DNA of 50,590 nt from Candidatus Yanofskybacteria bacterium RIFCSPLOWO2_01_FULL_42_49 (GCA_001795615.1 MGKI01000012.1:1-50590), one strand, 5' to 3'; numbered from the stretch's first letter, positions 15,948-26,361 are shown. The notes: a model not told the origin generated them from the letters alone. Numbers and translations: made by a program.

Positions 15948-18577
15948 CCAACCTTGAACTCATGAATAAAACACAAGACCAACTTTTCTGGTCGTTACCG
16001 GTTCAAAAGGTTATTGAAATACTGGATACTGATGTTCGAAGCGGCCTTTTAGAAAGCGAGGTAACGAGAAGAATAAAAATCTTCGGTCCCAACGTGATTG
16101 AAAAGCCTCGGCGAGCTCCCGGACTTTTTATTTTATTAAACCAATTCAAAAGCCCGCTGATTTTGATTCTGTTGTTCGCCGGCGTTGTTACTTTGTTTAT
16201 TGCCCATTACCGCGACGCGCTATTTATTTTTGCGGCAGTAATCGCGAATACTGCGTTGGGCTTTTATCAGGAATATAAGGCCGAGAAGGCTTTAGCGGAA
16301 CTTAAAACATACCTTAAACAGAGAGCAAGAGTTATCCGCGATGGCATAGAGCGTGAAATAGACGCCGCGGAACTGGTGCCGGGTGACATTGTTCACCTTG
16401 CTCAGGGAGACCGTATTCCTGCTGATGGACGGCTCATTTTTGTTAACGACTTGCAGGCTGACGAGGCGATTCTAACGGGAGAATCTCTGCCGGTATCAAA
16501 ATCAGTTGATCCGGTGAGCGCAGAAGCAACCATCGGTGACCAGTATTCCATAGTTTTTGCCGGGACACTCGTAACTCAAGGCATGGGTACTGCCGTGATC
16601 TGTCGCACTGATTTTTCGACAGAGCTGGGGAAAATTGCAACACTAGTGGCGGAATCACAGAGGGAAGAAACTCCGCTACAAAATGCAATCAAACGTTTTA
16701 GTGTAAAAGCAGGGATAGTTTTAAGCGTCTTTACTCTCATTATTTTTGGTATAGGCATTGCTTTGGGTTACTCGCGCGTGGACATGTTTCTGACATCCAT
16801 AGCGATTGCTGTTTCGGCGGTTCCGGAAGGCTTGCCCGTAGCCATGACGGTTATATTGGCGATAGGAGTTCAGCGCATGGCGCGGCGCAAGGGCGTTATC
16901 AGAAAGTTGATTGCAGCGGAGACACTAGGGGATACCAGCGTAATTATCATTGATAAAACAGGAACACTAACAATGGCAAAAATGGAATTAAGCAAGGTTC
17001 TCCCGGCTGTTGATGGAGGAGAAAATAAACTCTTGGAGCTGGCTATTATTAACACCAACACCTTTATAGAGAATCCCGACGACTCGCCATCGGAATGGCG
17101 AATTAGCGGAAGGGTACTGGAGTCGGCGCTGGTGAAAGAGGTTGCTCTTCGGGGTGTTCTTGTTGATGCTGTAAAAAAGAAAACTTTAGTTTTAAGTTCG
17201 TTGCCATTTAATGCCGCTAATAAATTTTCTGCCTCGCTAATACATGATGGGGAGAAACATTTACTCGTCTTTTTCGGCGCGCCGGATATTTTTATCAACC
17301 GTTCAACATTAAACGATACGGAGCGGGACGCCGCCTTAAAAGAAATCGGTTCTCTTGCTGAATCCGGGGAACTTGTAGTTGGGGTGGCGACAAAAGAAGT
17401 TGAAAAAAAAGAAGATTTTATTTTTTCGAAGGACTTAAAATTAACGGGCCTTCTGTTTCAAGGGCTAATTACTCTACGGGATCCGATAAGGCCGAATGTT
17501 AAGGAGGCAGTCCGTAAGGTGCAAGAATCCGGCATAAGAGTAATAGTCATGACCGGTGATCATCGTGGTACCGCTGAAGCTGTAGCCAGAGAGGTGGGTC
17601 TGTACATTGAGAAGAAAGGAACTCTTGACTCCTCGGAGCTTAAATTGCTATCCGATGAAGATCTCAAAAAACGCCTGCCATTTCTACGGGTTATTTCTCG
17701 CGTATCCCCGACTGATAAAATGAGGATCGTAAAAGTGTTTCAAGAAACAGGAGAGGTCGTAGCCATGACCGGAGACGGCGTGAATGACGCGCCCAGCATT
17801 AAACAAGCGGATATCGGAGTTGCTATGGGTTCAGGAACAGAGGTGGCGCGTGATGTTGCGGACTTGGTATTGCTGGACGATAATTTTGAAACCATTGCTG
17901 CCGCCGTGGAAGAAGGCCGTCAGATTATGCACAATATCCGCAAAGTTCTGGTGTATCTCCTTTCTGACACAGCCGATGAACTTTTCTTAATCGGCGGAGC
18001 TCTTTTAACCGGTTTAGCGCTTCCTTTGAATGCGCTTCAAATTCTTTGGGTTAATTTTTTTTCAGATAGTTTTCCGGCGGTCGCATTCGCTTTTGAAAAA
18101 AATATTGACGGTTTAACTTACCGGCCCCAAAGCACAAAAGCCGGTCTTTTTGATCCCGTGATGAAATTTTTAATTTTATTCATCGGTCTTTCCACGAGTG
18201 CGTTTTTGTTCGTACTGTATTGGTTACTACTGCGAGTCGGGTTTCCGGAAGACCTTGTGAGAACATTTATTTTCGCCAGTTTCGGAAGTTATACTTTATT
18301 TTTGGCATTTTCTCTTAGAAGTTTAGAAAAAAATATCTTCAAATACTCTGTTTTTTCAAATCGTTATCTGGTTGCCGGTGTCGGTATTGGATTGGTTCTT
18401 ATGGCCATGGCTATCTATATTCCGTTTTTTCAATCTTTACTTAAAACCGTGTCGTTGCCTTTCTACTGGCTTTTAGGAGTTGCGCTGATTGCTCTAATTA
18501 ATATTCTGGCGGTTGAATTTGGAAAATGGATTTTCCGTCGTAAAAGATCCATGGGTTCCTTGAAAAAAAATAATTAA
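15944..18577 (+). CDS. Cation-transporting P-type ATPase (P2-type), 877 aa
   Basis: LTGES, VPEGLP, DKTGTLT phosphorylation site, MTGD, MTGDGVNDAP. Confidence 0.95.
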   Translation: MTNLELMNKTQDQLFWSLPVQKVIEILDTDVRSGLLESEVTRRIKIFGPNVIEKPRRAPGLFILLNQFKSPLILILLFAGVVTLFIAHYRDALFIFAAVIANTALGFYQEYKAEKALAELKTYLKQRARVIRDGIEREIDAAELVPGDIVHLAQGDRIPADGRLIFVNDLQADEAILTGESLPVSKSVDPVSAEATIGDQYSIVFAGTLVTQGMGTAVICRTDFSTELGKIATLVAESQREETPLQNAIKRFSVKAGIVLSVFTLIIFGIGIALGYSRVDMFLTSIAIAVSAVPEGLPVAMTVILAIGVQRMARRKGVIRKLIAAETLGDTSVIIIDKTGTLTMAKMELSKVLPAVDGGENKLLELAIINTNTFIENPDDSPSEWRISGRVLESALVKEVALRGVLVDAVKKKTLVLSSLPFNAANKFSASLIHDGEKHLLVFFGAPDIFINRSTLNDTERDAALKEIGSLAESGELVVGVATKEVEKKEDFIFSKDLKLTGLLFQGLITLRDPIRPNVKEAVRKVQESGIRVIVMTGDHRGTAEAVAREVGLYIEKKGTLDSSELKLLSDEDLKKRLPFLRVISRVSPTDKMRIVKVFQETGEVVAMTGDGVNDAPSIKQADIGVAMGSGTEVARDVADLVLLDDNFETIAAAVEEGRQIMHNIRKVLVYLLSDTADELFLIGGALLTGLALPLNALQILWVNFFSDSFPAVAFAFEKNIDGLTYRPQSTKAGLFDPVMKFLILFIGLSTSAFLFVLYWLLLRVGFPEDLVRTFIFASFGSYTLFLAFSLRSLEKNIFKYSVFSNRYLVAGVGIGLVLMAMAIYIPFFQSLLKTVSLPFYWLLGVALIALINILAVEFGKWIFRRKRSMGSLKKNN

Positions 18578-18594
18578 AATCCTAGAATTATGGA

Positions 18595-19317
18595 ATGAGA
18601 CTTAAGACCCTAAGGCGCGATAAATTGTTTGTTGTTTTGAGGAATCTTATCGTTGCTGAAGCGCTGGTTTATCTGGCTTTTTTGGGTCTGGCTTTATCTG
18701 CCGATTGGGGTGAAATGTACGAAGGTTCTGTTTTAGCAAATTACTTGCGGTTTGAAGTTATCGAGTTCTCGTTCTTGGGATTAGTTCAGTTGGGATTGAT
18801 TATTCTGGTTTTTGTCAGGTCGCTAAATGAGGAAAACGACATCGATGAAATAATAAAATCCGAAGAACACGAAAAACTGGAATTTAAAACGTCCTTCCGC
18901 TGGGATGCTAATCGCAATCAAATTAATAAGGAGCTTGAAAAAGCAGTTATGAAAACGGTAGCTGCTTTTTTAAATTCTAACGGCGGCCGCCTTTTGATAG
19001 GGGTCAGCGACAAAGGCGTGCCGGTCGGACTGGATAATGACTTTGCCTCTTTGGTTAAAAAAGATGCAGACGGGTTTGAAAATCATTTTAACAATATTTT
19101 TAACACAATGATCGGGCCCGGATTAAGGCGCTTTGTAAAACTTGAATTTGGCAATATCTCCGACAAAACGGTTTGTTTAGTTGATATTGAGCCGAGTCAC
19201 AAGCCGGTATATTTGAAAACAGGGGAAAGCGAGGACTTCTATATTCGCACGGGCAATGTTACTACTCCGCTTAAAATGAGCGAAGCGGCCACATACATAT
19301 CCTCTTGGCGAAGATAA
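18595..19317 (+). CDS. AlbA_2/Schlafen-like domain protein with two N-terminal TM helices
   Basis: EHEKLEFKTS, KTVAAFLNSNGGRLLIGVSD, FYIRTGN motifs. Confidence 0.85.
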   Translation: MRLKTLRRDKLFVVLRNLIVAEALVYLAFLGLALSADWGEMYEGSVLANYLRFEVIEFSFLGLVQLGLIILVFVRSLNEENDIDEIIKSEEHEKLEFKTSFRWDANRNQINKELEKAVMKTVAAFLNSNGGRLLIGVSDKGVPVGLDNDFASLVKKDADGFENHFNNIFNTMIGPGLRRFVKLEFGNISDKTVCLVDIEPSHKPVYLKTGESEDFYIRTGNVTTPLKMSEAATYISSWRR

Positions 19318-19338
19318 AAACGGGCATGCGCCCGTTTT
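19317..19338. terminator. Bidirectional terminator
   Basis: aaaacgggc-atgc-gcccgtttt between convergent genes. Confidence 0.7.
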
Positions 19339-19345
19339 GGTTTAC

Positions 19346-19627
19346 TTAATAGATAAGTTTATGACCGGAATATGTGCCTTCCGTGGTGACGGAATTGCCT
19401 CCGAATGTAACATACTCTGAAGCGTAGACCGTTCCTTCAACTCTGGCGCGACCGGTTACACGGACGAAATCTTCAAGAATCGCTTTTCCGGATACTTTAG
19501 CTTTAGGAGCTATATGAACCGTTGGGGCGACCTGGGCGGTTTCCGCGACCAGTCCTCCGCCGTTGGGATGGCGGTAGAATTTTACCCCATCGACCATCAT
19601 TACCACATCTCGGTGCTTATCTTTCAT
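19346..19627 (-). CDS. Small hexapeptide-repeat (left-handed beta-helix-like) protein, 93 aa
   Basis: RHPNGGGLVAETAQVAPTVHIAPKAKVSGKA; AGGAGG RBS; translationally coupled to the upstream gene. Confidence 0.75.
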   Translation of the reverse strand: MKDKHRDVVMMVDGVKFYRHPNGGGLVAETAQVAPTVHIAPKAKVSGKAILEDFVRVTGRARVEGTVYASEYVTFGGNSVTTEGTYSGHKLIY

Positions 19628-21540
19628 TACTGGCCTCCTTTTTTGTTTGTTTTTAAGCGACTGGCGACGATTTCAGCTAGGTCTAGGATAGCGACGCTCT
19701 GATTACCGCTGCGCACAGCCGCGTCCCCGAGCATTATCGGGCAATACGGGCAGGCAACTGCAATAGTGCCGGCTCCGGTTTCTTCTGCTTCTTTAAACCT
19801 TATTTGATTGATTCGATCTTTGCCCTTTTCATCGTTTCCGTCATCGGCTATAAACAGCTGGGCGCCCCCTGCTCCGCAACAGAATGTGTTGCTTCCGCAA
19901 TGGGTCATCTCTTTTACCTCGTACCCGCAATTCCGAAGGATTTGCCTCGGTTCCGAAACAACTCCTCGATCTCGAGCAAGATAACAGGGGTCGTGGTATG
20001 TGAGGGTTCCGGAGTATTCCGGGCTCAAGGCCAGTTTGGCAGTCAGTTTATTTATTAGCTGGGAGTGGTGAAGCATGGTGATGTTCAGGTCGCTGTAATC
20101 TTTTATCTGGCGGTAGTCTTTGTCCAGCATCGTTGTACAGTGGGGACAGCATGAAACTATTTTTTTAACCCCTTTGCCTTTGAATGTTTCGGTCAGTTGT
20201 TCAGATAATGTTAAGAACAGGGCTTCATTGCCGGCTCGTCTTGCCGGTTCTCCGCAGCAGATCTCATTTTCCAAAACACCCCAGGAAACACCGGCCTCAT
20301 TAAGTATGTCTTTCATCGCTACGGCAACCTTTTGGCCATGTGGGTCATAGCCATTGCCGCAACCAAGCCAGAATAACCACTCTTGGTTTCCGTCGAAAAT
20401 CGGGAAATTTTCTTTCTGGACGAACTTCCTTCTCGTCTCCTGCGAAATGCCCCATGGGTTATGTGGAGCTTTTTCCATGGTTGTAAAAAGTTTGACCACC
20501 TTGTCGTTATTGATTCTGCCCTCGCTTACCAACCCTCGGCGAAGGTCAAGGATTTTACGGCCCACATGCTCGATACCGACAGGACACTCATGCGTGCAAG
20601 CACCGCAAGTGGTGCATTGGAACAGATTCTTTTCATCTATCCACGCTTTGCCGGCGCTTACTTCCTCTGTCGTACCGGCGATGATCTTACCCCCCGACAA
20701 GAGTCCATGTTGCATATCAAGGATTATAAACTTAGGATCAAGCGTCTGACCGGATGCTTGAGCCGGGCACACATCGGTACAACGGCCGCATTCTACGCAG
20801 CCGTTTACTTGAAGTATGTCTAGCCAAGGAAGCTGTTTAAATTCCACAAGACCTAAGTCGTCGTTCTCAATATCAAGAGGGCGCATGGTGCTTGGCAATT
20901 CCGGCTTGAGGAATATTGCTATCGGTGCGAGCAGTAAATGCAGATGTTTTGAATTAGGCACAATTACCAGCAAAGCCAGTAATGAAAAAGTATGAGCCCA
21001 CCAATTCAATGCCCAGATAAGATCTCTGTTTTCCAGCCCCCACCAGTCAAGAAGATAAGTCAGCATGAGTATGGAAATAAAGAAAGCTACTAATCCGGAT
21101 GTAAGCGACAGTTTCCCCAGCGCTTTGGGACGGATGATAAATCTTCTGTATGAAAGATAAGCCATTCCGACTAGGACCAGAAACGACCAGACAGCAACAA
21201 ATGCCCCGTACCAGCCATCTATTTCAAAACCGGTGGTTTGAAATCCGGTAAAACCAATAGCCATATGGTTAAAGGTGGCGAATGAAAAAGCGACAAAACC
21301 CCACATCACTAAAGCGTGCATCAGTCCAACCAACGGCCTTCCTTTAATTACCTTGGTCTGGCACAGTATCTCAAGAAAAAACCTTCCGAATCTTAGTCTG
21401 AGATTTCCTAGATCCAGTTGGTTTTTATCGAATTTTTCAATATGCAACCTAGCCAATATTCTACCCGTGAAATAGACAAGAGCCGAAACAAACAAAAGTA
21501 TTAAGACAACCTGTCCCGGCAAGCCGCTGATGATCCCCAT
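19627..21540 (-). CDS. Membrane-anchored Fe-S oxidoreductase (HdrD/GlpC/FadF-like), 637 aa
   Basis: N-terminal TM helices, CVECGRCTDVCP and CTTCGACTHECP 4Fe-4S motifs, two CCG domains (CCGEPA..CCPHC; YHDPC..CCGAGG..ACPYC). Confidence 0.9.
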   Translation of the reverse strand: MGIISGLPGQVVLILLFVSALVYFTGRILARLHIEKFDKNQLDLGNLRLRFGRFFLEILCQTKVIKGRPLVGLMHALVMWGFVAFSFATFNHMAIGFTGFQTTGFEIDGWYGAFVAVWSFLVLVGMAYLSYRRFIIRPKALGKLSLTSGLVAFFISILMLTYLLDWWGLENRDLIWALNWWAHTFSLLALLVIVPNSKHLHLLLAPIAIFLKPELPSTMRPLDIENDDLGLVEFKQLPWLDILQVNGCVECGRCTDVCPAQASGQTLDPKFIILDMQHGLLSGGKIIAGTTEEVSAGKAWIDEKNLFQCTTCGACTHECPVGIEHVGRKILDLRRGLVSEGRINNDKVVKLFTTMEKAPHNPWGISQETRRKFVQKENFPIFDGNQEWLFWLGCGNGYDPHGQKVAVAMKDILNEAGVSWGVLENEICCGEPARRAGNEALFLTLSEQLTETFKGKGVKKIVSCCPHCTTMLDKDYRQIKDYSDLNITMLHHSQLINKLTAKLALSPEYSGTLTYHDPCYLARDRGVVSEPRQILRNCGYEVKEMTHCGSNTFCCGAGGAQLFIADDGNDEKGKDRINQIRFKEAEETGAGTIAVACPYCPIMLGDAAVRSGNQSVAILDLAEIVASRLKTNKKGGQ

Positions 21541-21601
21541 ATTCCGTTCTCAAAGAACATAACTGTCCCACAGATACGATAATTTTTAGATTTTGTCCAG
21601 T

Positions 21602-22465
21602 CTATTTTGCCACTATTATCATGGCTTTTCTTTTGGGAGGCAACGGCAAATCATCGCCGGTTGCGTAGTCGTGTATGGCGTTAAAGAGTGTCTGTTCCGG
21701 ATAGCGATACTGTTTTCCGAGCCGGGTGCCCGGGTCATTGGTGATAAATTCTTTTGAATCGGGGTCATAGCCGATTATTACCAGCATGTGGCGCAAAGGA
21801 CCGGGCTGGGTATAGTAAGGATTGTGGAGCTCTTGTCCGTTCATAGGAGTAATAACCAGACTTCCGTTATGAAGTTCGTTTTTAATATCTTCAACGGAAA
21901 AGTCATAACGAAGTTCTATTTTTTGGTATTTGTAATAGTCTTTAAATATTCTATCAACCGTATCTCGAGCGGAAGTATCCAAAAACACTCCGTAATTTGA
22001 AAATTCGTAATCGGAAATTGCCAATATTTCCTGCCTGGCTTTTTCGGGTGTGATATTTGTGCCTCGGATCCACGACATGGCCATAAGGGCCGAAGCTTCC
22101 TCACAGCCGTTGCTTAATTTAGGATTGCTCCATTCGCTGAAAGGCGCTTGGGGAGTAAATGGTACATCGAATAATATCTGGTTCGGGCTTGGTGTTCTGC
22201 TTGGAGTTGGTATTACCGAAGGTCCTGCTTGCCCGCCAGAGCCCTGCGACGGCTGGGAGCTTGTCGATGTAGTAGGCCTGGGCGTAGAGGTGGGTCTGGG
22301 TGTCGCGTTGGGGTCTGACTCGAAACCCGGCAACGAACTGGTGCGGGTGAAGGGAGTACTCATTGACCGTAAAGCAATGAATGAAATAAAAATACCGGCC
22401 CCCAGAGCCGTTGTTAATAAAATAAGATATAGCGGTATCTTCCTCATGGTTTTGTCTCTAAACAT
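21602..22465 (-). CDS. C39-like peptidase with TM anchor and P/T/S linker
   Basis: VPFTPQAP..GCEEASALM, HMLVIIGYD, FITNDPG. Confidence 0.85.
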   Translation of the reverse strand: MFRDKTMRKIPLYLILLTTALGAGIFISFIALRSMSTPFTRTSSLPGFESDPNATPRPTSTPRPTTSTSSQPSQGSGGQAGPSVIPTPSRTPSPNQILFDVPFTPQAPFSEWSNPKLSNGCEEASALMAMSWIRGTNITPEKARQEILAISDYEFSNYGVFLDTSARDTVDRIFKDYYKYQKIELRYDFSVEDIKNELHNGSLVITPMNGQELHNPYYTQPGPLRHMLVIIGYDPDSKEFITNDPGTRLGKQYRYPEQTLFNAIHDYATGDDLPLPPKRKAMIIVAK

Positions 22466-22546
22466 ATCATAAAATCAGTCATTTTGAAACAAGGTGCACC
22501 TTGGGTATTGTCGCTTTTTAAGAATAAGTTGGTATAATTAAGTGTA

Positions 22547-24070
22547 ATGAGTTTATTCAACAAGGGAGCCAAATACAAAATCCTTTTTGTCGCATCGGAG
22601 GCGGCGCCTTTTGTTAAAGTTGGGGGCTTGGGTGAGGTTATGTATTCTCTTCCCAAAGCGATGCGCGAACTTGGTTATGATGCGAGAGTTATGATACCCA
22701 AATACGCCACAATGGATATTGATAAATTTCCTGTTCATTTGGAATATCACGGACTTGCGTTGGAAAAGGAAAATAACGACCCAAACGGCCTGCTTGTTTC
22801 AAATGTTTTAAAACATGAAAGTGAAGAAGACGGGACGGTTACATATTTCCTTGAGAATATGGAGTATTACGAAAAGAGGGCCAACGTCTATGGCTATGGA
22901 GACGATACCACTAGATGGGTCTTGCTTTCTCGGGGGGTTTTGGAATTTATAAAGGTCTCCGACTGGAGGCCGGATATTATTGTTGCCGCCGACTGGCAAA
23001 CCGGTTTCATCCCGAACCTAATGCATACGGAATACAAAGATGACCCCGTTATTTCTAAAATTACCGATGTGTTTTCAATACACAACCTGAAATATCAAGG
23101 CACTTTTGACCCTGCTTTAGTGTCAGAAATGGATCTTGATGCCGGTCAAAGTCCGGTTCCGGAATTTTTTGATCCCCGGATGAAATATATGAACGGTATG
23201 CGCAGGGGAATTAAATACGCCGATGCCATAATTACCGTTTCGCCAACTTATGCCAAAGAAATTATGACAGAAGAGTTCGGCGAAAAACTGGATAAATTAT
23301 TGAATGAACGCAAGGAATGTCTTTTTGGTATCTTAAACGGCATAGACACGGAGTCGTTTAATCCGGAAACAGATGAAACGCTGACCGCAAATTATTCGCC
23401 AAAATTGTTGGAAAAACGTTCTGAAAATAAAATTGCCATTCAAAAACAATTCAGCTTGCCGGTTGATAAAGATAAATTTGTTGTCGGAATGGTAACCAGA
23501 ATAACCGGCCAAAAGGGATTCGATCTTTTGGAGGATGGGCTGGATTCATTGATGGATAATCTTGATTTTCAGTTTATTCTTGTCGGTGAAGGAGAGTCAA
23601 AATATCGAAAAGTTATAGACGACCTCAAAATTAAATATCCTGATAGAATTGGGACCCACTTTACTTTTGACTCTGTTCTCCCGAGATTAATATTCGGCGG
23701 AGCTGATGCGGTTTTAATACCGTCTAAATATGAACCGTCCGGTCTTGTTCAACTGGAAGCTATGAGATATGGCTGTATTCCGATAGTCAGAAAAGTAGGA
23801 GGACTAGCCGACTCTGTTGATGATTTTGACCCGAAGAATAACAAGGGAACAGGGTTTGTTTTTGAAAAATATGATGCCATGGCGTTTATAATAACTTTTG
23901 TCAGATCTTTTGAGATATTCAAACAGAAAAAAGAGTGGGAAAGACTGGTTAAGAGAGCGATGGCCAAGGATTTTTCTTGGCAAAAATCCGCCAAGGAATA
24001 CATCAAAATATTTAAATTAGCAGTCCAACTACACAAAGGAGACAAAACAAAGTTTTATAACAGACCGTAA
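22547..24070 (+). CDS. glgA: Glycogen/starch synthase (GT5)
   Basis: KILFVASEAAPFVKVGGLG, DWQT, IHNLKYQG, PSKYEPSGLVQLEAMRYG. Confidence 0.93.
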   Translation: MSLFNKGAKYKILFVASEAAPFVKVGGLGEVMYSLPKAMRELGYDARVMIPKYATMDIDKFPVHLEYHGLALEKENNDPNGLLVSNVLKHESEEDGTVTYFLENMEYYEKRANVYGYGDDTTRWVLLSRGVLEFIKVSDWRPDIIVAADWQTGFIPNLMHTEYKDDPVISKITDVFSIHNLKYQGTFDPALVSEMDLDAGQSPVPEFFDPRMKYMNGMRRGIKYADAIITVSPTYAKEIMTEEFGEKLDKLLNERKECLFGILNGIDTESFNPETDETLTANYSPKLLEKRSENKIAIQKQFSLPVDKDKFVVGMVTRITGQKGFDLLEDGLDSLMDNLDFQFILVGEGESKYRKVIDDLKIKYPDRIGTHFTFDSVLPRLIFGGADAVLIPSKYEPSGLVQLEAMRYGCIPIVRKVGGLADSVDDFDPKNNKGTGFVFEKYDAMAFIITFVRSFEIFKQKKEWERLVKRAMAKDFSWQKSAKEYIKIFKLAVQLHKGDKTKFYNRP

Positions 24071-24086
24071 GCTGCTCAAAAATAAA

Positions 24087-24106
24087 AGACCGCGATCAGC
24101 GGTCTC
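24087..24106. terminator. Terminator between convergent glgA and nadA
   Basis: agaccgc-gatca-gcggtct with an A-rich flank (U tract on the - strand). Confidence 0.6.
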
Positions 24107-24123
24107 TGCGTTACTGTTAAGGA

Positions 24124-25254
24124 TTATTGTATTGCAAGCATTCTTTCAATGGGGATTTTGGCCCTTTCGGCCAACTCTGGATCAACGGTTATTTCATGTT
24201 TCATGTCCCGCAAGGATTCATATAGATTGCGAAGCGTGTTTTGTTCCATAAAAGCGCATCTTGCCTCCGGATTTGCCGGAATGAATTCTTTATCCGGAGC
24301 AGCTTTTTGCATTGGGTAAATGTTGGTAACGGTAGTTGCTACGATTATCTTCTTGGCCGGAGTTTTCTTTACAAACTCCAGCATTCCCCAAGTTGAGCGA
24401 AGCTGCATCATTTCTTCGGACACAAGACCTTGGTCCAACAGCATCGAACACTTGGACACACAGCCGCACTCCGGGTGAGCGGTAACCGCCGCATCGGGGT
24501 GAAGCGCCATTCGCCTCATTACATGGTGGGCGGTTATTTTCTCGTGGACATGGCACGCGCCCATCATCAGCCAAAGGTTATCGGTTGATCGGCCCATTTT
24601 CTTGAGCACGGTCATTGCGAAGTATCCGAGAAACACATCCGGTAAGAAAAGAAGGGGGCTATCGGGATGTCGTTCGGCCATATATTGGATGACCTTAGCG
24701 GCGTTAGTCGAGGCGCAACAGATGTCAGTTTCAGCTTTTACGTCCAGATAAGTATTAACATAACTTATCACTTTTCCTTTGGGGTGTTCGTGTTTCCAAG
24801 CGAGGATTTTATTTACATCCGCATGGGCGGCAAGAGAGCAAAGAGCTTTCCGGCTTGGCGTCAGAATAATTTGGTCGGGCTGTTTCATAACGGCCAACAT
24901 TTCAGGCATAAAAAGCACCGCTGCTTCTACTATGACCTTTTTCTTGGAGTCCCTGCCTATTTTGGCAAGGTGAATAGAGTCGCCGATGAAATCTGCTTCA
25001 TCCTGAACATCAGGGGGCTCATAGTTATGAGCCAGAACAAGAGCGCCTATTTCTTTCTTGCGGCTTCTTATCCCGCTCTTTAGAAATTTCCTTTCTTCTT
25101 CGGGAATATTTTTAGGGTCAGCTTCCGGCGGAATGGGCGGCACTTCAATAGGCGGCCCGAGGTCAACCTCGGGTATCATCTCAATGGCTTCGCTTGCGCG
25201 AAGGATATCTCCGGGCAGTACCAGTTTGTTCATCTGAACTTCTTTGCCCTCCAT
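24124..25254 (-). CDS. nadA: Quinolinate synthase A
   Basis: LAHNYE..VQDEADFIGDS, ALCSLA, SYVNT, CCASTNA, FLPD, GACHVH, AHPEC, ARCAFM. Confidence 0.92.
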   Translation of the reverse strand: MEGKEVQMNKLVLPGDILRASEAIEMIPEVDLGPPIEVPPIPPEADPKNIPEEERKFLKSGIRSRKKEIGALVLAHNYEPPDVQDEADFIGDSIHLAKIGRDSKKKVIVEAAVLFMPEMLAVMKQPDQIILTPSRKALCSLAAHADVNKILAWKHEHPKGKVISYVNTYLDVKAETDICCASTNAAKVIQYMAERHPDSPLLFLPDVFLGYFAMTVLKKMGRSTDNLWLMMGACHVHEKITAHHVMRRMALHPDAAVTAHPECGCVSKCSMLLDQGLVSEEMMQLRSTWGMLEFVKKTPAKKIIVATTVTNIYPMQKAAPDKEFIPANPEARCAFMEQNTLRNLYESLRDMKHEITVDPELAERAKIPIERMLAIQ

Positions 25255-25311
25255 GGCTTTAAACGAAGAAGGGTTGTTAGAGTACTGTATATATCATATA
25301 CTGACAATTGC

Positions 25312-26157
25312 ATGGATAGTCAAGAATTAAAAATTAGTTTTTTCTGTAGAAAGAATAATAAAGTTGCTTTGGCTTGGGCAGATAAGATTAAGAAGTATGT
25401 AAACAAAAAGCATATCCGGGCTTCTTTTGTTGATAAAAATCCCGAGGTTCTGATTGTTTTAGGCGGTGACGGCACCATTATTGAAGCAACGAGAAAATTT
25501 CACCATAAATCTAATCCGTTAATATTGGGCTTGAATTTGGGCAATGTCGGCTTTCTTGCCTCGGTACGAAGTCCGAAAGATTTTCTGAGCAGTATCGATA
25601 AATTTTTAAGCGGTAAGTTTTCCGTATCGGAAAGAACGATAGTAAGTGCTGAGATTTTTAGAAAAGGCCAAAAAGTGTTTGGCACGGAAGTTGTAAATGA
25701 GGTCGTTGTTCAAAGTATTCTCGGCATGGTTGATCTTGAAGTTTTAGTCGGCGGCAACAGTATCAGAAATATCAGAGGAAGCGGTGTTCTGGTGGCGACG
25801 GCCACCGGTTCAACTGCATATAATCTGTCTGCCCACGGACCGTTAGTGATGCCCAACATCAAGTGTCTCGTCATTACCGAAATAATGGATCACAATGTAC
25901 CCACTCCAAGTATTGTCGTTAAATATAATGAGCAAGTAGTCGTTAAAGTCAGCGGTTTCAGGCAAAAGGGAGTTCTGTCAATTTCTAAAAATAAGAAAAA
26001 AGCCGATGTAGTGCTAATAGCCGACGGCGCCAAAGTTTTTCCGCTCGAAAGGGGAGATATGATTGAAATTAAAAGCTTGAACCATTTGGTAAAATTCGCG
26101 GAAATTGAGAAAGGCTACTTCTTCAAAAGCCTGAAAGACAAATTCTCCGTCAGGTAG
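25312..26157 (+). CDS. nadK: NAD kinase
   Basis: VLGGDGT, GLNLGNVGFL, VNE, ATATGSTAYNLSAHGP. Confidence 0.93.
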   Translation: MDSQELKISFFCRKNNKVALAWADKIKKYVNKKHIRASFVDKNPEVLIVLGGDGTIIEATRKFHHKSNPLILGLNLGNVGFLASVRSPKDFLSSIDKFLSGKFSVSERTIVSAEIFRKGQKVFGTEVVNEVVVQSILGMVDLEVLVGGNSIRNIRGSGVLVATATGSTAYNLSAHGPLVMPNIKCLVITEIMDHNVPTPSIVVKYNEQVVVKVSGFRQKGVLSISKNKKKADVVLIADGAKVFPLERGDMIEIKSLNHLVKFAEIEKGYFFKSLKDKFSVR

Positions 26158-26160
26158 TCA

Positions 26161-26361
26161 CTCGGCCTTGTATCATCCTCGACACGCTTCCCTGCCTACC
26201 GGCAGGCAGGAGGTAAGATAACTCATCCTAGAGTTATCTTACCTCAGCTAAATTCGCCCCTCCGGCCGCCGGATGATTGGCCAAAAGGCCAGACATTGTA
26301 TCATCCGGCTCCCTCGGGGTCTCAGTTGTCTCAGATGACACAAGGCCTCGCTTGTTGTTGG
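26161..26361 (-). repeat. Structured element B, copy 2, carrying a 20-bp palindromic insertion (26191-26210)
   Basis: Reverse complement of 1743-1923 plus the extra cctgcctaccggcaggcagg. Confidence 0.85.
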
